A stretch of DNA of 64,000 bases from Lama guanicoe. Its lineage: Eukaryota. The stretch covers positions 1 through 64,000 of the forward strand of contig MU053185.1 in the NCBI GenBank assembly GCA_013239625.1. The letters run 5' to 3'. Numbering within the stretch: the stretch's first letter is position 1; every line of letters starts with the position of its first letter. Under the pieces are notes generated by a model, which was not told the origin of the DNA, ran no database searches, and saw only the letters and a program-made list of their open reading frames with translations. A program made the position numbers and the translations under genes. Below, piece by piece: positions 50,167 through 63,149 of the stretch.

Positions 50167-51640
50167 TGGGAAACACCTCCTCCATCCCCAAGGACTCACC
50201 TCTTGGGTGCATTCTGAATCACTGGGACCAACTTTCTCTAGAGTCTTTAAAATGGAACAAGCTCATTTTCTTTTGTAACACAGCCTGACCTCAATATAAA
50301 CTTGGGGACAATGAGGCCTGGCCAGAAAATGGAAGCCTCATCTATAATACTACCTTACAGTTGGACATTTTTTGCAAAATATGGATGAAAGTCCCTTATG
50401 TTCAGGCCTTTATGGCCTTAAGAGAGAACCCAGAGTTATGCAAGTCCTATGTAAGGGAACCTTGTCAGAACCCATTCAGACTACACAAAAGCCACTTTTA
50501 ATAGCAACTCTGGAGGAACACAAGCCCCAGACAGAAGACCCAAGCCAGGATACCGTTTCACCACCTTCAGCCCCTCCTCCACCCTATAAGCTTCTTTACC
50601 CTTCCACACCAAAAACGCAGCCAGAACTTCTTTGCCCTCTCCAGGAAGTAGCAGATGGGCCTCAGGGAATTACCAGAGTCTACACCCCATTTTCTTTGAC
50701 CTCAACCAGTGTCGCACTCGCTCGGGCCTATTCTCAGAAGACCCCAGTCGGTTCACTGAAGAATTCTAGGCACTAACTCTCTCCTCTGATCTTACATAGA
50801 AGGACCTAAACATTGTCCTTTCCCACTGCTGCACCTCTGAGGGAAAGACCCGTATCTGGGCACAGGCTCAAACATATGCTGATGGATTACACATCACCCA
50901 GCCTCAGCAATACCCTGTGGGCTTGACAGCAGTGCCTCTAATTGAGCCCAACTGGGATTATCAGCCAGGCCAGCCTGGCATCACTAGAAGGGACCACATG
51001 GTCCTTTGCCTTCTGGAGGGGATGAAACAGTACATAATTATAATACCTGTTAATTATGATAAGCCTGAAGAGATCACTCAGAGCCAAGATGAAAATCCAG
51101 CCCAATTTTGGGCCTGACTGGTAGATGCCCTCAGAAAGTATACTAATGTAGACCCAAACACTTTCAAGGGACATATTGTATTTGCAACACACTTTATCAG
51201 CCAATCAGCCCCTGATATCTGTAGAAAGCTTCAAAAGCTTGCCATGGGACACCAAACCCCTCTTAACCATCTTATTGATACGGCCTTCAGTGTGTTTAGT
51301 AACAGAGACCTGTCTGAGGAGCAAAGAAAGGAACGGCGTGACTTAAGAAGGAAACGACGGCAAGCCAAGCTTTCGGCAGCTGTCATGACAAGACCTAACC
51401 CACCTCCTGGTCACCCCAAAAGTACTCCCAGAAGACCCCCACCAAAAAGGGGAGCCTGTTTTGGCTGTGGGAACTCTGGACATTGGAGCAAGGAATGCCC
51501 AGGAAGCCGGTCCCAGCCTCCACCCAAGATGTCATGCCCACTCTGTAAAAGAGATGGGCCCCTGGAAGAGGGAATGCCCTCAACTCCGAAGGGAGCAGGG
51601 AAATTCCCCCACACCAGGCATGGCAGTGGTTGACTGATGG
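50167..51640 (+). pseudogene. gag: Provirus C gag
   Basis: MGNTSSIPKDSPLGCILNHW; PPPY late domain; QSQDENPAQF MHR; two zinc knuckles CFGCGNSGHWSKEC and CPLC. Confidence 0.92.
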
Positions 51641-52848
51641 GACCCGGGACCCCCCAAGGCTCCCGAGAAAATAGTCATCATCACACAGGAGGAAACATGG
51701 GTGACCACTGACGTGGCAGGTAAGCTTGTCCAATTTCTAGTGGACACAGGAGCCACTTATTCTGTCCTGACTTCTCATGCTGGGCCGCTTTCCCCTGAAA
51801 CCTGCTCTATTGTTGGGGTAGAAGGAAGGCCACAGCTAAAATATTTCACCACCCCTCTAACTTGCACCTGGGGAAAGACCCTTATAACTCATAAGTTTCT
51901 TGTCATGCCTGAATGCCCCAGCCCATTGTTGGGAAGAGATTTTCTCTAAGCCTTGGGGGCAACTCTGACTCTCCCTGAAAACCAAAACCAGGGCTTATTT
52001 CTGGCTGGACTATATATTATACAAAATACAAACAGTCCAGCCAAAAGTATTCCCCCAGAAATTGAAAAACTTGTAGATCCACAGGTCTGGCATCAGGCAA
52101 TCCCACGGAAGGCAAAATTTGTCACTTCTATAAAAAATCACTTTAAAGGAAACTAATAACTTCCCCTCCAGGTACCAGTAGTCCATAAAACCAGAGGCTC
52201 AGCAAGGCCTCCTACCTCTAATCTCAAAGTTCATCAAATATGGGCTTTTGGTGCCATGCCAATACCCCTGTAATACTGCAATCCTACCGGTCCTCAAACC
52301 AAATGGGGAATATAGAATGGTCCAAGATCTTCGAATCACAAATGAAGCCATAATTCCTCTCCATCCAACTGTTCCCAACCCATACACAATCCTCACTCAG
52401 ATCCCTGAGGACACAGCCTGGTTTACAGTCCTTGATCTTAAATATGCCTTCTTTTGCATACCCATTCACCCTGATTCCCAAAATCTTTTTGCTTTTGACT
52501 GGACTGATCCAAACACTAATGCAACCCAACTATGTATCTGGACTGTCCTTCCTCAGGGATCCCGGGATAGCACACCCGTTTGGCAATGCCTTAGCAAAGG
52601 AACTAAGGGAACTCAAACTAGAGATGGGGGCATTATTACAATATGTAAATGACCTCCTTATCTGCAGCTCCTTAAAGGAAGCTTCAGATCAAAACACTGT
52701 ACAGACCCTCAATTTCCTAGGTTACAGGGGATATAAAGCCCAAATTTCCTCCCAGAGAGTTACCTACCTGGGACATGTTCTAAGCCCAGGAAAGCGTGCC
52801 TTTATGACCCAGCACAAGGAGGCAATCCTCCACTGACAGCCGCCGCCG

Positions 52849-52884
<36 letters not shown>

Positions 52885-55265
52885 CTTAGAACCTTCTTAG
52901 GAATGGCTGGGTTTTAGGAATACAACTCAGATCCCCGAGTTTGGTCTCATGGCAAAATCATTGCATGAGGCCTTAAAGGGACCAGACATGGAGCCTCTAG
53001 AGTGGAATGGAAATTTACAGAGAGCATTTGACCAGATTAAGACTGCCCTGACTAGTGCCCCAGCCCTGGGGATTCCAGCTCTAAACAAGCCCTTTACTCT
53101 GTTTGCATCAGAAAGACAGGGAGCAGCCCTGGGAGTTCTCACCCAAAAAGTAGGGCCAATTCCTAGGCCGATGGCATACCTCTCCAAGCAATTGGACCCA
53201 GTGGCCTCAGGATGGCCAGGCTGTCTGAGAGCTGTGGCAGCCACAGCCCCGCTAGTTGAAGAGACCACAAAACTTACCATGGGCCAGCCTCTGGCAGTGC
53301 TCACCCCACACAAGTTACAGGGACTATTAGAAATTAAAGGGCATCAATGGCTGGCTGGGGGACGCCTCACAAAATATCAGGCCCTCCTTCTTGACTCTCC
53401 TGAAGTAACTCCTAAAGTATGTCAGATCTTAAATCCAGCCACCCTTATGACAATAGAAAGCTCAGAGAAACTGGCTCATTCTTGTACCGAGACCATTGAG
53501 CAGGTATATCCTAGCAGACCAGACCTTAGAGACCAGCCCCCTGAGGACCCCGATGCTGTCTGCTTTACTGATGGAAGTAGCTACATACATGATGGCGTCC
53601 AAAAAGGAGGGTATTCCATAGTGGACTTACACAAGATCATAGAGGCAGATGCCCTACCATCCCAGACCTCAGCACAGAAAGCGGAGCTTATAGCCCTAGC
53701 TCGAGCTCTCAGACTAGGAAAAGACAAGAGGATAGGTATCTATACAGATTCTAAATATGCATTTTTGGTGCTATATGCACACACTGCCATCTGGAAACAC
53801 AGGGGACTCCTGACTGCACAGGCTCCCCAATCCAGCACTATCAGGACATCTTAGAGCTTCCAGAGGCAGTACAAGACCCTGAGAAGGTGGCAGTGATCCA
53901 CTGCAAGGGACATCAAAAGGGAAACTCAGATATAGCAAGAGGAAATAACCTGGCAGACAGAGCAAGGAAAGCAGCTCTTAAAACCCCTTCAACCCAAGCT
54001 GCCTTGCTCCCCCATATACCAACCCCCAGCCCACTTTCACCACCTCAGTATACAGACAAGGAAATAACATGGGCTAGAAATAGTGGATACCGAACAGGCC
54101 CTGATGGCTGGTGGATTCAGGAATAAACAATAATGCTGCCCAGGGCATTACAATGGAAAATGTTAGTCACTCCATGATTCCTCTTATCTAGGGAGGGATG
54201 CTTTGACTAGCCTGGTAGAACAAGTTTTCTCAGACATGGGCCTTTCTCAGACTATCTTAGAAATCTGGAAGGCATTCAATTATGTTACAAAAACAACCCA
54301 GGGGGGAAACTGAGGCCCCCCTCCCCTTCTCCAGCCAATCCAAAGGAGAGGAACTTATCCAGGAGAGGACTGGCAGATAGACTTTACCCAGATGGCATCC
54401 TCCCAGGAATATAAAAACCCTTGTGGTTTTTATTGACACTTTCACTGGATGGGTGGAAGCCTTTCCAACGAGAACCGAAAAAGCTCAAGAAGTCATAAAA
54501 ATATTATTAAAAGAAATAATTCCTCAGTTTTGATTTCCAGGGTCCTTGAAAAGTGACAATGGCCCCCCTTTTGTGGCTAGGATTATGCAACAAATCTCTA
54601 CTGCCCTAGGCATTCGCTACCACCTCCATGCTGCCTGGAGGCCTCAATCATCAGGAAAAGCAGAAAGCGTGAATCAAACCTTAAAAAAAGTCCTGGCTAA
54701 GCTTTGTCAAGAAACATCAGAACCATGGACAAAGCTCTTACCCATAGCCCTCCTGAGAATCAGGGTGGCACTTAAAGCGGGGCTAAGGCTCAGCCCCTTT
54801 GAAATGACCTATGGTGGACCCTTGTTATCCTCTGATATACTGGTGGACTAAGAAACTAGTGAGCTCACTAAATACCTAATTAATCTGGGACAAGTTCTAA
54901 AGGCAATTGCAGAATATGGAAATCAGGTTTTTACCAAGCCCCAGCCAGGAAACAGGTCCCATTCAGGTTCAACCGGGAGACTTCGTCCTCCTAAAACGTG
55001 GAGAGAAGGATCCCCCTCTGACCAACTATTGCCCAAGTGGAAGGGGCTTTACCAGGTCCTTCTCAGCACTCCCACTGCAGTAAAGTTACAGGGGATCACT
55101 AACTGGGTACATCTTTCTAGAATTAAACCTGCCCCTCTCACTGAGTCTTCACAGGACACAGAGGCCCTTGGACCGCCAGAGGAGCCCAGGTGGACAAATG
55201 AGCCTCTTCAAGACCTGAAACTCTTATTCAACAAGGACAAAGGCACTTCACAGATCCCAGACTGA
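51640..55265 (+). pseudogene. pol: Provirus C pro-pol
   Basis: LVDTGATYS; YRMVQDLR; WTVLPQG; QYVND; FTDGSS; SAQKAEL; WQIDFT; SDNGP; stops and frameshifts present. Confidence 0.95.
52839..52881. repeat. (GCC)n/(CA)n microsatellite inside RT
   Basis: gccgccgccgcc followed by about 16 CA units. Confidence 0.95.
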
Positions 55266-55308
55266 GTACCATTATTTCCCCTTGTGCCTGCTGTTACTCT
55301 TGTCCACC

Positions 55309-55966
55309 TGTTAGAGCAGGCAGATAGCTAGATATAAGCAGAAAAAAGGGGACACAGACCACATGGCAGGAATTGGGCAGAAAGGAGGGGCACAGCCCAA
55401 ATGCAGGAAACCAGACATCATGTAAGCACCAGGGGTCCCTGGGCAGAGAAAGAGAAGCAGGAATCTCTGGGCTGATAAGGGGTCACACCTTTTGGGGGGA
55501 TGAGTGGCCTGGAGAAGAACAAAGAAAGGTGAGAAAAGGCAGGAATCTCCAGTGTCCAAATGTAACTTTTTGCTCATTATGCCCTCATTTCAATAAAATC
55601 AGTCTTTCAGTTTAGAAGTACCCATCATGCATTGATGCCATGACACTTCTGATCCAGACTAAATAAGGACAAAAATCCCTCCTCCCTTTGGGAAGGTGGA
55701 GTTGAGATGATAATCAGGGAATATGACCCCAAACCCTTTCCTCCCTGGTCAATATTCTGCCCATTCATTTTTACACTGTATGTAACCAACTTGACAAAGA
55801 AACACAGGGCAGCCGCTCACCTGAGCCTGCCTGCTCTCCCCTTGAGAGTGTACTATCCATCCTTTAATAAATTCTCACTTTACTTATTTAACCACTACGT
55901 CTTGTCTCTGAATTCTTTCTGGGACGGGACAAGAACCTGGAACACCAGTCGCATCTACCGGCAACA
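55309..55966 (+). mobile_element. Solo LTR of the same family nested inside provirus C
   Basis: TSD cacc at 55305-55308 and 55967-55970; TG...CA ends. Confidence 0.95.
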
Positions 55967-56170
55967 CACCCACACTAACTAACATGCTCTGGTGGATTTG
56001 GATAGTTATTGTCCTCCTCAGCATCCTGCTCACTCTCACAGTCTTATCAAGTGCCGCTTTAACACCTCACCCATACCTGACAGCAAACTTCTCTGCCCCT
56101 ACTGGGTTTAATAAAACCCGCCCAAAATCTAAGACACCCCCACAGCTCTTATTCTTTCTGCTCCCAAAGA

Positions 56171-57930
56171 ATGCTAGGGACCATACTTCCGTCCTTACTT
56201 GTTCTTGTCTTATTTATCCAAACTCTTTGCTCTCAAGAGTTAGCATGGAAAGATAACATAATAGGCAATAACTTGGATGATTGCCAAAGGAGAAAATCTC
56301 TCTGCTGGACTTGCCATCACAACCCACCACCCCAGGAGATATAAGCACCACCCTCAAGGTCCATATAGTCAACAACCACACTGTGTTCTCAGCTTTTAAC
56401 CAATCTTCTTTTAATTACTCTAGACAAGATTTCTCTTTAATTGTTACATGGGAGAGGCCCCCTCCACTCTCTTGCCACATCACACCTCCCTACTCAAAGC
56501 CTATAAATATCACCAACACCTCCCTCATCTGCAAACTCTAGGATGCACGCCTTGTTACAATGATACCCACAAGGGAAACATAGATCCCTTTTCAGTCCTT
56601 GGGGCTCTAACAGAAATCTAAGCCTGCCCCTGGATATCTTTAAACCTATAAATTGGAGTGATATAGTGGGCTGGCCTATTTACACATCATCCTGCACCCC
56701 TAACAACACACATGTATGCTATGACAATTCACAAACTAATGCCAACAGAACTTCTTGTGCTGGGTATTATATCAGATATCCCCTTAGTATGGCCCTCTCT
56801 GACTCTAGACCCCCTCCTGGATACTCCAAACCAAAAACTAAATCCAAAATACAGATGGAACCCCTCTGCAACTGTCTCCCACCTCCGAAAATTTTTCTCC
56901 AGCTGTATAACCAAACCAATCACACACTTTTACCAGCACCAGCTGGATTATTATGGCTATGTGGGGCCCCAGATAACTACCTCACAATGACCAAAGCCAT
57001 TGCTCTCTCACATCTAGACAACACACTTCACTATGGGGACTGCATCTTGGGAACTGTGGCTCCAGCCCAAATAACCGTCCTCAATGTGACCCACATGAGA
57101 CAGAAAAGGGCCTTTAGTCTGGTACTAGCGGGAATTATAGGGACGGTAGCTGCAGCTGCCCCTTGGGGAGGATTTGCCTATCATGAGGTAACCTTGAGGG
57201 CCCTGGCCTCCTCCCTGGATAACACGCTGAAAAAAACTAGAGACACTCTCACACTCTTACAAAAGTCCCTAGGTTCTCTGGCAGGTGTGGTCTTTGACAA
57301 CCATCGGGCCCTAGACTATCTCCTAGCAAGCGAAGGAGGGCGTTTGTGCAGCCATAAACAAAACATGCTGGGCGCGCAGGGTATAGTTCAAGTGGTAGAG
57401 CGTATGCTTAGCAAGCACAAGGTCCTGGGTTCAATCCCTGGTACCTCCTCTAAATAAACAAACCTAATTACCTCCCCCACAAAAACAAAAACGAAAACAA
57501 CACAACATGCTGCACATATATTAATGTATCAGAAGAAGGAGAAGTAAACAAAGAAATTTATGAAGAGGATTCCTGGCTCCACAGGTACAACCAGGAAAAC
57601 AGGAGTGGACTGAGACCCATAAGGGATGGTTTCCAGAATATACCTGGCTTCTTCCATTTCTAGGCCCTGCAGCCACCATATTTCTCATCTTTCTCTTTGG
57701 CCCTTGTATTTTTAACTATCTAGTAAAATTTCTATCCTCTAGAATACAACAACTCCAGCTTCAAATGATGATGCAGCGAGGATTCCGACCCATCCCTCCT
57801 GAAGATGAAGACCATCAACATCCACTGGACAAGGCCTCTGACTTCTACTCCCCATGCTCCATTCCTGCCACTACTAACAACCCCAAGACCTCTATCTCAG
57901 ACAGAAAGCAAGGAGATCTGGACCCATAGG
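56171..57930 (+). pseudogene. env: Provirus C env (envV/PABL-like), frameshifted and SINE-disrupted
   Basis: Signal peptide MLGTILPSLLVLVLF; CWTC at 56303; furin site RQKR; APWGGFAYHE; ISD-like DNHRALDYLLASEGG; CX6CC; TM anchor LFGPCIFN. Confidence 0.9.
57371..57503 (+). mobile_element. tRNA-derived camelid SINE (vic-1 type)
   Basis: A box tagttcaagtgg; B box gggttcaatccc; A-rich tail; TSD aacatgctg at 57362-57370 and 57504-57512. Confidence 0.9.
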
Positions 57931-60421
57931 TAGGGACTATGTCCATGTTCTGCTTGAAGTAGTTACAGAGACTGACCATCATCCCTTTTCCCCTTAAAAG
58001 AGTTTAAGGGTCCAGACTCCTTGAGTGGGAAATGTTAGAGCAGGCAGATAGCTAGATATGAGCAGAGAAAGGGGGACACAGACCAAATGGCAGGAATTGG
58101 GCAGAAAGGAGGGGCACAGGCCAAATGCAGGAAACCATTTGTCATGTTAGCACCAGGGGTCCCTGAACAGAGAAAGAAAAACAGGAACCTCTGGGCTGAT
58201 AAGTGGTCACACCTTTTGAGGTGATGAGTGGCCTGGAGTCCAACAAAGAAAGGTGGGAAAAGGCAGGAATCTCCAGTGTCCAAATGTAACCTTTTGCTCA
58301 TTATGTCCTCATTTCAATAAAATTAGCCTTGCAGATTAGAAGTACCTATCATGCACTGATGCCATGACACTTCTGATCCAGACTAAGTAAGAACAAAAAT
58401 CCCTCCTCCCTTTGCAAAGGTGGAGTTGGGATGAAAGTCAGGGAATATGACCCCAAACCCTTCCCTTCCTAATGAATATTCCACCCATATTTTTACACTG
58501 TATGTAACCAACTTGACAAAGAAATACAGGGTAGTTGTTCACCTAAGGCTGCCTGCTCTCCCCTTGAGAGTGTACTATCTATCCCCTAATAAATCCCCAC
58601 TTTACTTTCTTAACCTCCGCATCTTGTCTCTGAATTCTTTCTGGGATGGGTCAAGAACCTGGACACTGGCTACATCTACCAGTAACAATATCACCATCTG
58701 CTTCAGGCTGGTAACGTGGTTGAGGGCAGATAGTCCAATATGATCCCTTCGTCACTGAATGCCCCACAGGCCACAAGCCCACCAAGTTAGGGTGAGATCA
58801 TTCCTTTAGAAATCCTGACAATAGCAAGGACTCTTCAAAAGAAGACACCACCATGCTGGCCGCTCTCACTGACTATAGTGGCTAAAACGGCTGGCTAACG
58901 AAACTGAATTCCCCAACTGATTTAGAGGAAGCAGAAGTTATCACCCTGAGACCAACCAGTGGCACACTTTGGGTGTCTGAAAGAGGGAAGTAAACTCTGC
59001 TTGGTAGATGCAAGCCATACTGGGAGATGAGAGTATGGGGAGAAAGCTACAGGTCTTGGTTTTACCCCACGCTTCCTTGCTAGACCAGGCTACCCAGTAC
59101 TTTCTCACCAAAGCAACAGCACTCAGCCATTAAGCAATACAGAAATAGCTCCTCCAGAAGGAATCTGATCAGAGCTCATTCAACTGTCAGTGCTCTATCT
59201 GGTTATGACAATTCTTACTGCTCTGTAAAGCCTGGGTGCCAGGGTCACTGGTACATCCCTCAGGCCTAACCCTCACACAGGTGCAATGCTGTAAAAATAC
59301 TTCTCCAGCCCAAGATTGCACCACAGGGTGGAGAAGCAGGGACTGCTGGAGAGCCCTGATGGAAAGGCTCAGGCCAGCGTCCCACTGAGTTTGGGTGGCA
59401 AAGGGATCAAATCCCCTTTGTAGGCAATGGGCTGTCTGGAAGCAACGTCTAAATGATACTTGCCCCCCCACCCCGATTTCAACATCAAATAGTACTACAA
59501 GCTAACTGGCCTTATGACTGCCCGTCTGTAAAACCCATCTGGTCACAGGGACTGTGCTCCCCTGTTTAGTCCATGGATTGCCCTACAGGGTGAGGCCAGA
59601 AAGACCTAAACAGCATCCATAAGCTCTCCCTTAGCCCAGGATGTAAGCGTGCCAGGAATCTTTGTGTGCTTTGGATGAACTCCTCCGGGAAGGAAAGAAT
59701 GGCCACTCATTCCGTTACTAAATATGCCCTTGATGACCCTAGGGAACTCTCAACAATCTGTTCCACCAGCAGCCAGCACCACAGATACAGCTCAGTCCTC
59801 AGGGAAGCTTCTAAGTTTTATCAGGCTAGCCCACCCCCAGCCCATGACCAATACCCCAACTGCTCAGCCACATGGTAGAATCACCTGCTCCTGAGTGACC
59901 GCCAGTCCAGAGGACATCTCCCCTGAGTGCGACAGAATCATCGCTGGAGAGGATACCATCCCAGACGGTACCGCCCCAGCCCAAGAGTTCACACTGGAGA
60001 TGTCTGGAGCCTCCTATACCTGAGATGACAGTTCAGGCCACATCACCACATTGGAGACCTAACTCCTCATCTAGATGGCCCCACTCCCCAGTTTACATTG
60101 TGAGATGCTGTAATGGGGACTAAGACTTTCCAGAAACAATAGCCTAAATGTGCTGCCCTGATGGAACCACAGGATGACCAGCTGTGACATTATTTTGCAG
60201 AATTTGCTGAGTGCTTGCTGGCTGACCTACCCTATACCAAGAGGCCCATCAGACTGAGTTTGTCTCCTGCCAACAGCAGGATAGCATTGTCTCCTATTTC
60301 CCCACCCAGGGAGGACAAAATGTGCACTCCAAACCAGACAGCTCCCCAGCCTACAAAGGATAAATGTTGCTAACGTCCTCACCACTAAGTCTGATGCCTT
60401 AGCATCAGGGAGCGGATTGTA

Positions 60422-60912
60422 CTGTAAGCACCTGAGAGGTGTTTTTTTTTTTTTATTGTAATGCAAGTGCCTGATCTTAAGCTTGGGCAATCCATGTCAA
60501 AGAAAGAAACTCATTGTCAACTAACTACACAACTAGTTAAGGAGCCAGGCTGCCCGACCCCTGAAGTTTCCTTTGTTTTAGAGGTCTCTGGTAGACTTAG
60601 ATAAGTGACCATTTGGCCACTGGTTTTTCCCTTCTGGCATTTTAATTCCTGCTCATGATTTAAACTCACCAATAAAGACTTAACCTGTCAAAGTCCAGGA
60701 ATCCCATTCTGGAACCCCCAAAAAAGCAGAACTCCAGGCCTGTACTTAACTCTCTCTCCACCACGACCTCTGCTGTGTGGCCCCACACATGCCCTGTGTC
60801 CTCCAGGACCTGGGAGTAATGAACCATGTATTTTTCCAAGTTCCTTGATGGCTGTTACTGAGGTACACCTTGCAATCATAGTAAAAACCACAACGGCAGG
60901 TCCAATCATAAT
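60422..60912 (+). mobile_element. Second old class III (MER74-like) LTR
   Basis: Diverged homolog of 43880-44361. Confidence 0.7.
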
Positions 60913-62149
60913 ATTGGCTCCCAAAGGGACAATGTCTGGGCCAGCTTCCCCAAGCAGTATGGCCCGGGTGAGGGCCCCAGGTATTTCTAGCCAAAAGCAT
61001 CACTACTGATGGACTGAGTCCAGCACAGACAGTAGAGCAGCCCTCACCGCCAAGACTGCTGCTGTTTACTTTCCTCCTGCAGTGGTTCTTCCACACTCCT
61101 CCTCGGGTCAAACTGGTCATTTGATAAGCACTAAGTGGTCACAGGACCACCGCTAGACTAGAATCCTCTACAAGAGAACCATAGCCACATGAGACAGAGG
61201 AATCATTTGAACCCCTTCTAGAATGAAAAGTACAACTGAGGTACTGGATTTTTGAATCAAACATGCTCAATCATAAAATAACCATCAGGAAAGCATTAAG
61301 GACCAGTGACAATCCCCATTGCTCTTTGTGTTAGTTTCCACAAGAAATGGATCTGAGTCCATTGCTGGCCACTAAATGCAGACATGGATGGTTTCTGACA
61401 TACCAGCCCCATCCATCCCCCCAGATTCAAAAATCAGGTGTGAAGAACTATAGTCCACATTTGAGAAGTGTTGGTTTCATTAAGCCAAAGAGGTACACAT
61501 AACCCATAAGCAATTATTTGGAATTTATGTGCATCAAACTATTGAGAGATGGAGAGGAAAGATGATCTTCACAAGACCTCATGAAGTGCAGTCTAGTTGA
61601 ACATAAGCATACACAAATATCAATGGTTATTTGGAGAATTGACCAAGGGACAGGAGTTCAGGAGGTGCTAAGTAACTCTCTAGAAACTGATTTTAATCCT
61701 ATGTGGAAAGGCAACCCAAGTCTCTGTTCTACCCCTAGGGTGAAATATTGATTACCCTCATTGAAAGAGGATGACATATCACAAACTTATGAATAAATGT
61801 CACCTATAAATTAGACCAGCAGAATGCAAATCGAGAACAACCCAGCGTGGGGCAGGGCAGGAGGGGGAGGGGGTTGGCCAGCACATGAGAGTGATGCACA
61901 ACTTAACCCCTCCCTCATCCCAGCCAGGGTCAGGGGCCTGACAGCCCTCTGGCGAAAAGGTTTGTTCAGTCTCAAACTATAGCCCTTTGTGATTTTTTAA
62001 AGTTTACTTAAACTCACTTCCTAGTAGCAAGAGGAGACTGCTCTGTGCAGTTGGGTAGGAGAAACTTGGCCTTGCTGAAGGTTAGAACTGTGCCGAGAAA
62101 GGGGGTGGGGTGTTACCGCGCTGCTACAGAATCATAACAGCTATTTCCT

Positions 62150-62420
62150 GCTGCTTCTCCCACTATGTGAAGCTGGGAGAGGCCTCAAGGAATTACATGA
62201 CCCAGTGTCCTGGTTGCACCCCATGTTATTGAACAGGTGGCTGAGGTCACCAGGGGTAGTGCTGAGAGTCAGATCTGACTTGAATCCAGTTTCCACAGCA
62301 TCTTGGGCAAGTAGTTTATATCCTGGACTTCAGTTTCCTCGTGTGGGAGATGATAAGACCAATCCTACCTCACAGCATTGCGAGGATTAGCGAGAATGCA
62401 GGAAATCACCCAGTCTGGGG
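62150..62420. mobile_element. MIR fragments
   Basis: gagtcagatctgacttgaatcc...cttgggcaagt...ttcagtttcctc. Confidence 0.6.
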
Positions 62421-63149
62421 AGGACTCATCACATCTTTCACTTACTGTCTGGTGACAGAGCTGGGACTGGCTCCCTGATCACCTTTATTAACCGCTGCTC
62501 ACTGTGGCCAGGCTCCCGAACCCCGGGCTTCTCGGAAAGCACTGCAGGAACTCTGCCCAAAGGCGTCCCGGGCCTGTATCTGGGGGCTGAAGCCATCTTC
62601 CATCCCCACAGATGTCTCTAACAGGTTGTTCCAGGCCTTTCTGAGCCCACTTTGGTTGCTCCTTTCTCTCTGTGCCCGTTTCCAAAGGTGAAGAATTGCT
62701 CAGGGGAGGAAGTGCTCGGTGCCTGGAGTGCTGGATGGTGTAGGGGACACAAACAGATCTGGGACTCACTCACTTCTATGGGTCTCACAGTCCACAAGGG
62801 CAGACTGAAGGGTACAATCCCTGGACCATCTCCTTAGCTCTGCCACCACTTCTGGAACAGCATCCTCCTCTTCTGGGGAGCTGCCCCACACAAACACATC
62901 CTCGGATTATGTGGTCCCAGGGGGAGCCCCCGTTCCTACAGGACCCACACCTCCCTCACCACAGCTGACCTGACCCGCCCCTGGCGCCTCCTGTTGTTGG
63001 CTTAAAGTCAGGCACCTGAGGACCAGGTGGAGTTTGTTCCCTGGCATTGAGGGAAACAGAGAACCTTATTTCTTGTGCTTCATGTGTTCTTGAGCGATTT
63101 CTCATTCCACTCTCCATGAAGGAAAATGGGAGCAGGACGGAAATATATT

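Larger units (their letters stand above)
48225..58687 (+). mobile_element. Provirus C: full-structure gamma-like ERV (ERV9/W/H-type gag-pol, envV-like env), defective
   Basis: LTRs 48225-48889 and 58033-58687; near-TSD atac/atat; PBS at 48894; PPT gagtgggaaa at 58023-58032. Confidence 0.93.

Noticed and set aside
57371..57450. tRNA gene
   Set aside because: Has a SINE tail and TSD; a tRNA-derived SINE
58688..60420. Novel gene in unassigned sequence
   Set aside because: No convincing ORF or splice pattern; its position between class III pol and an LTR suggests decayed ERV internal sequence
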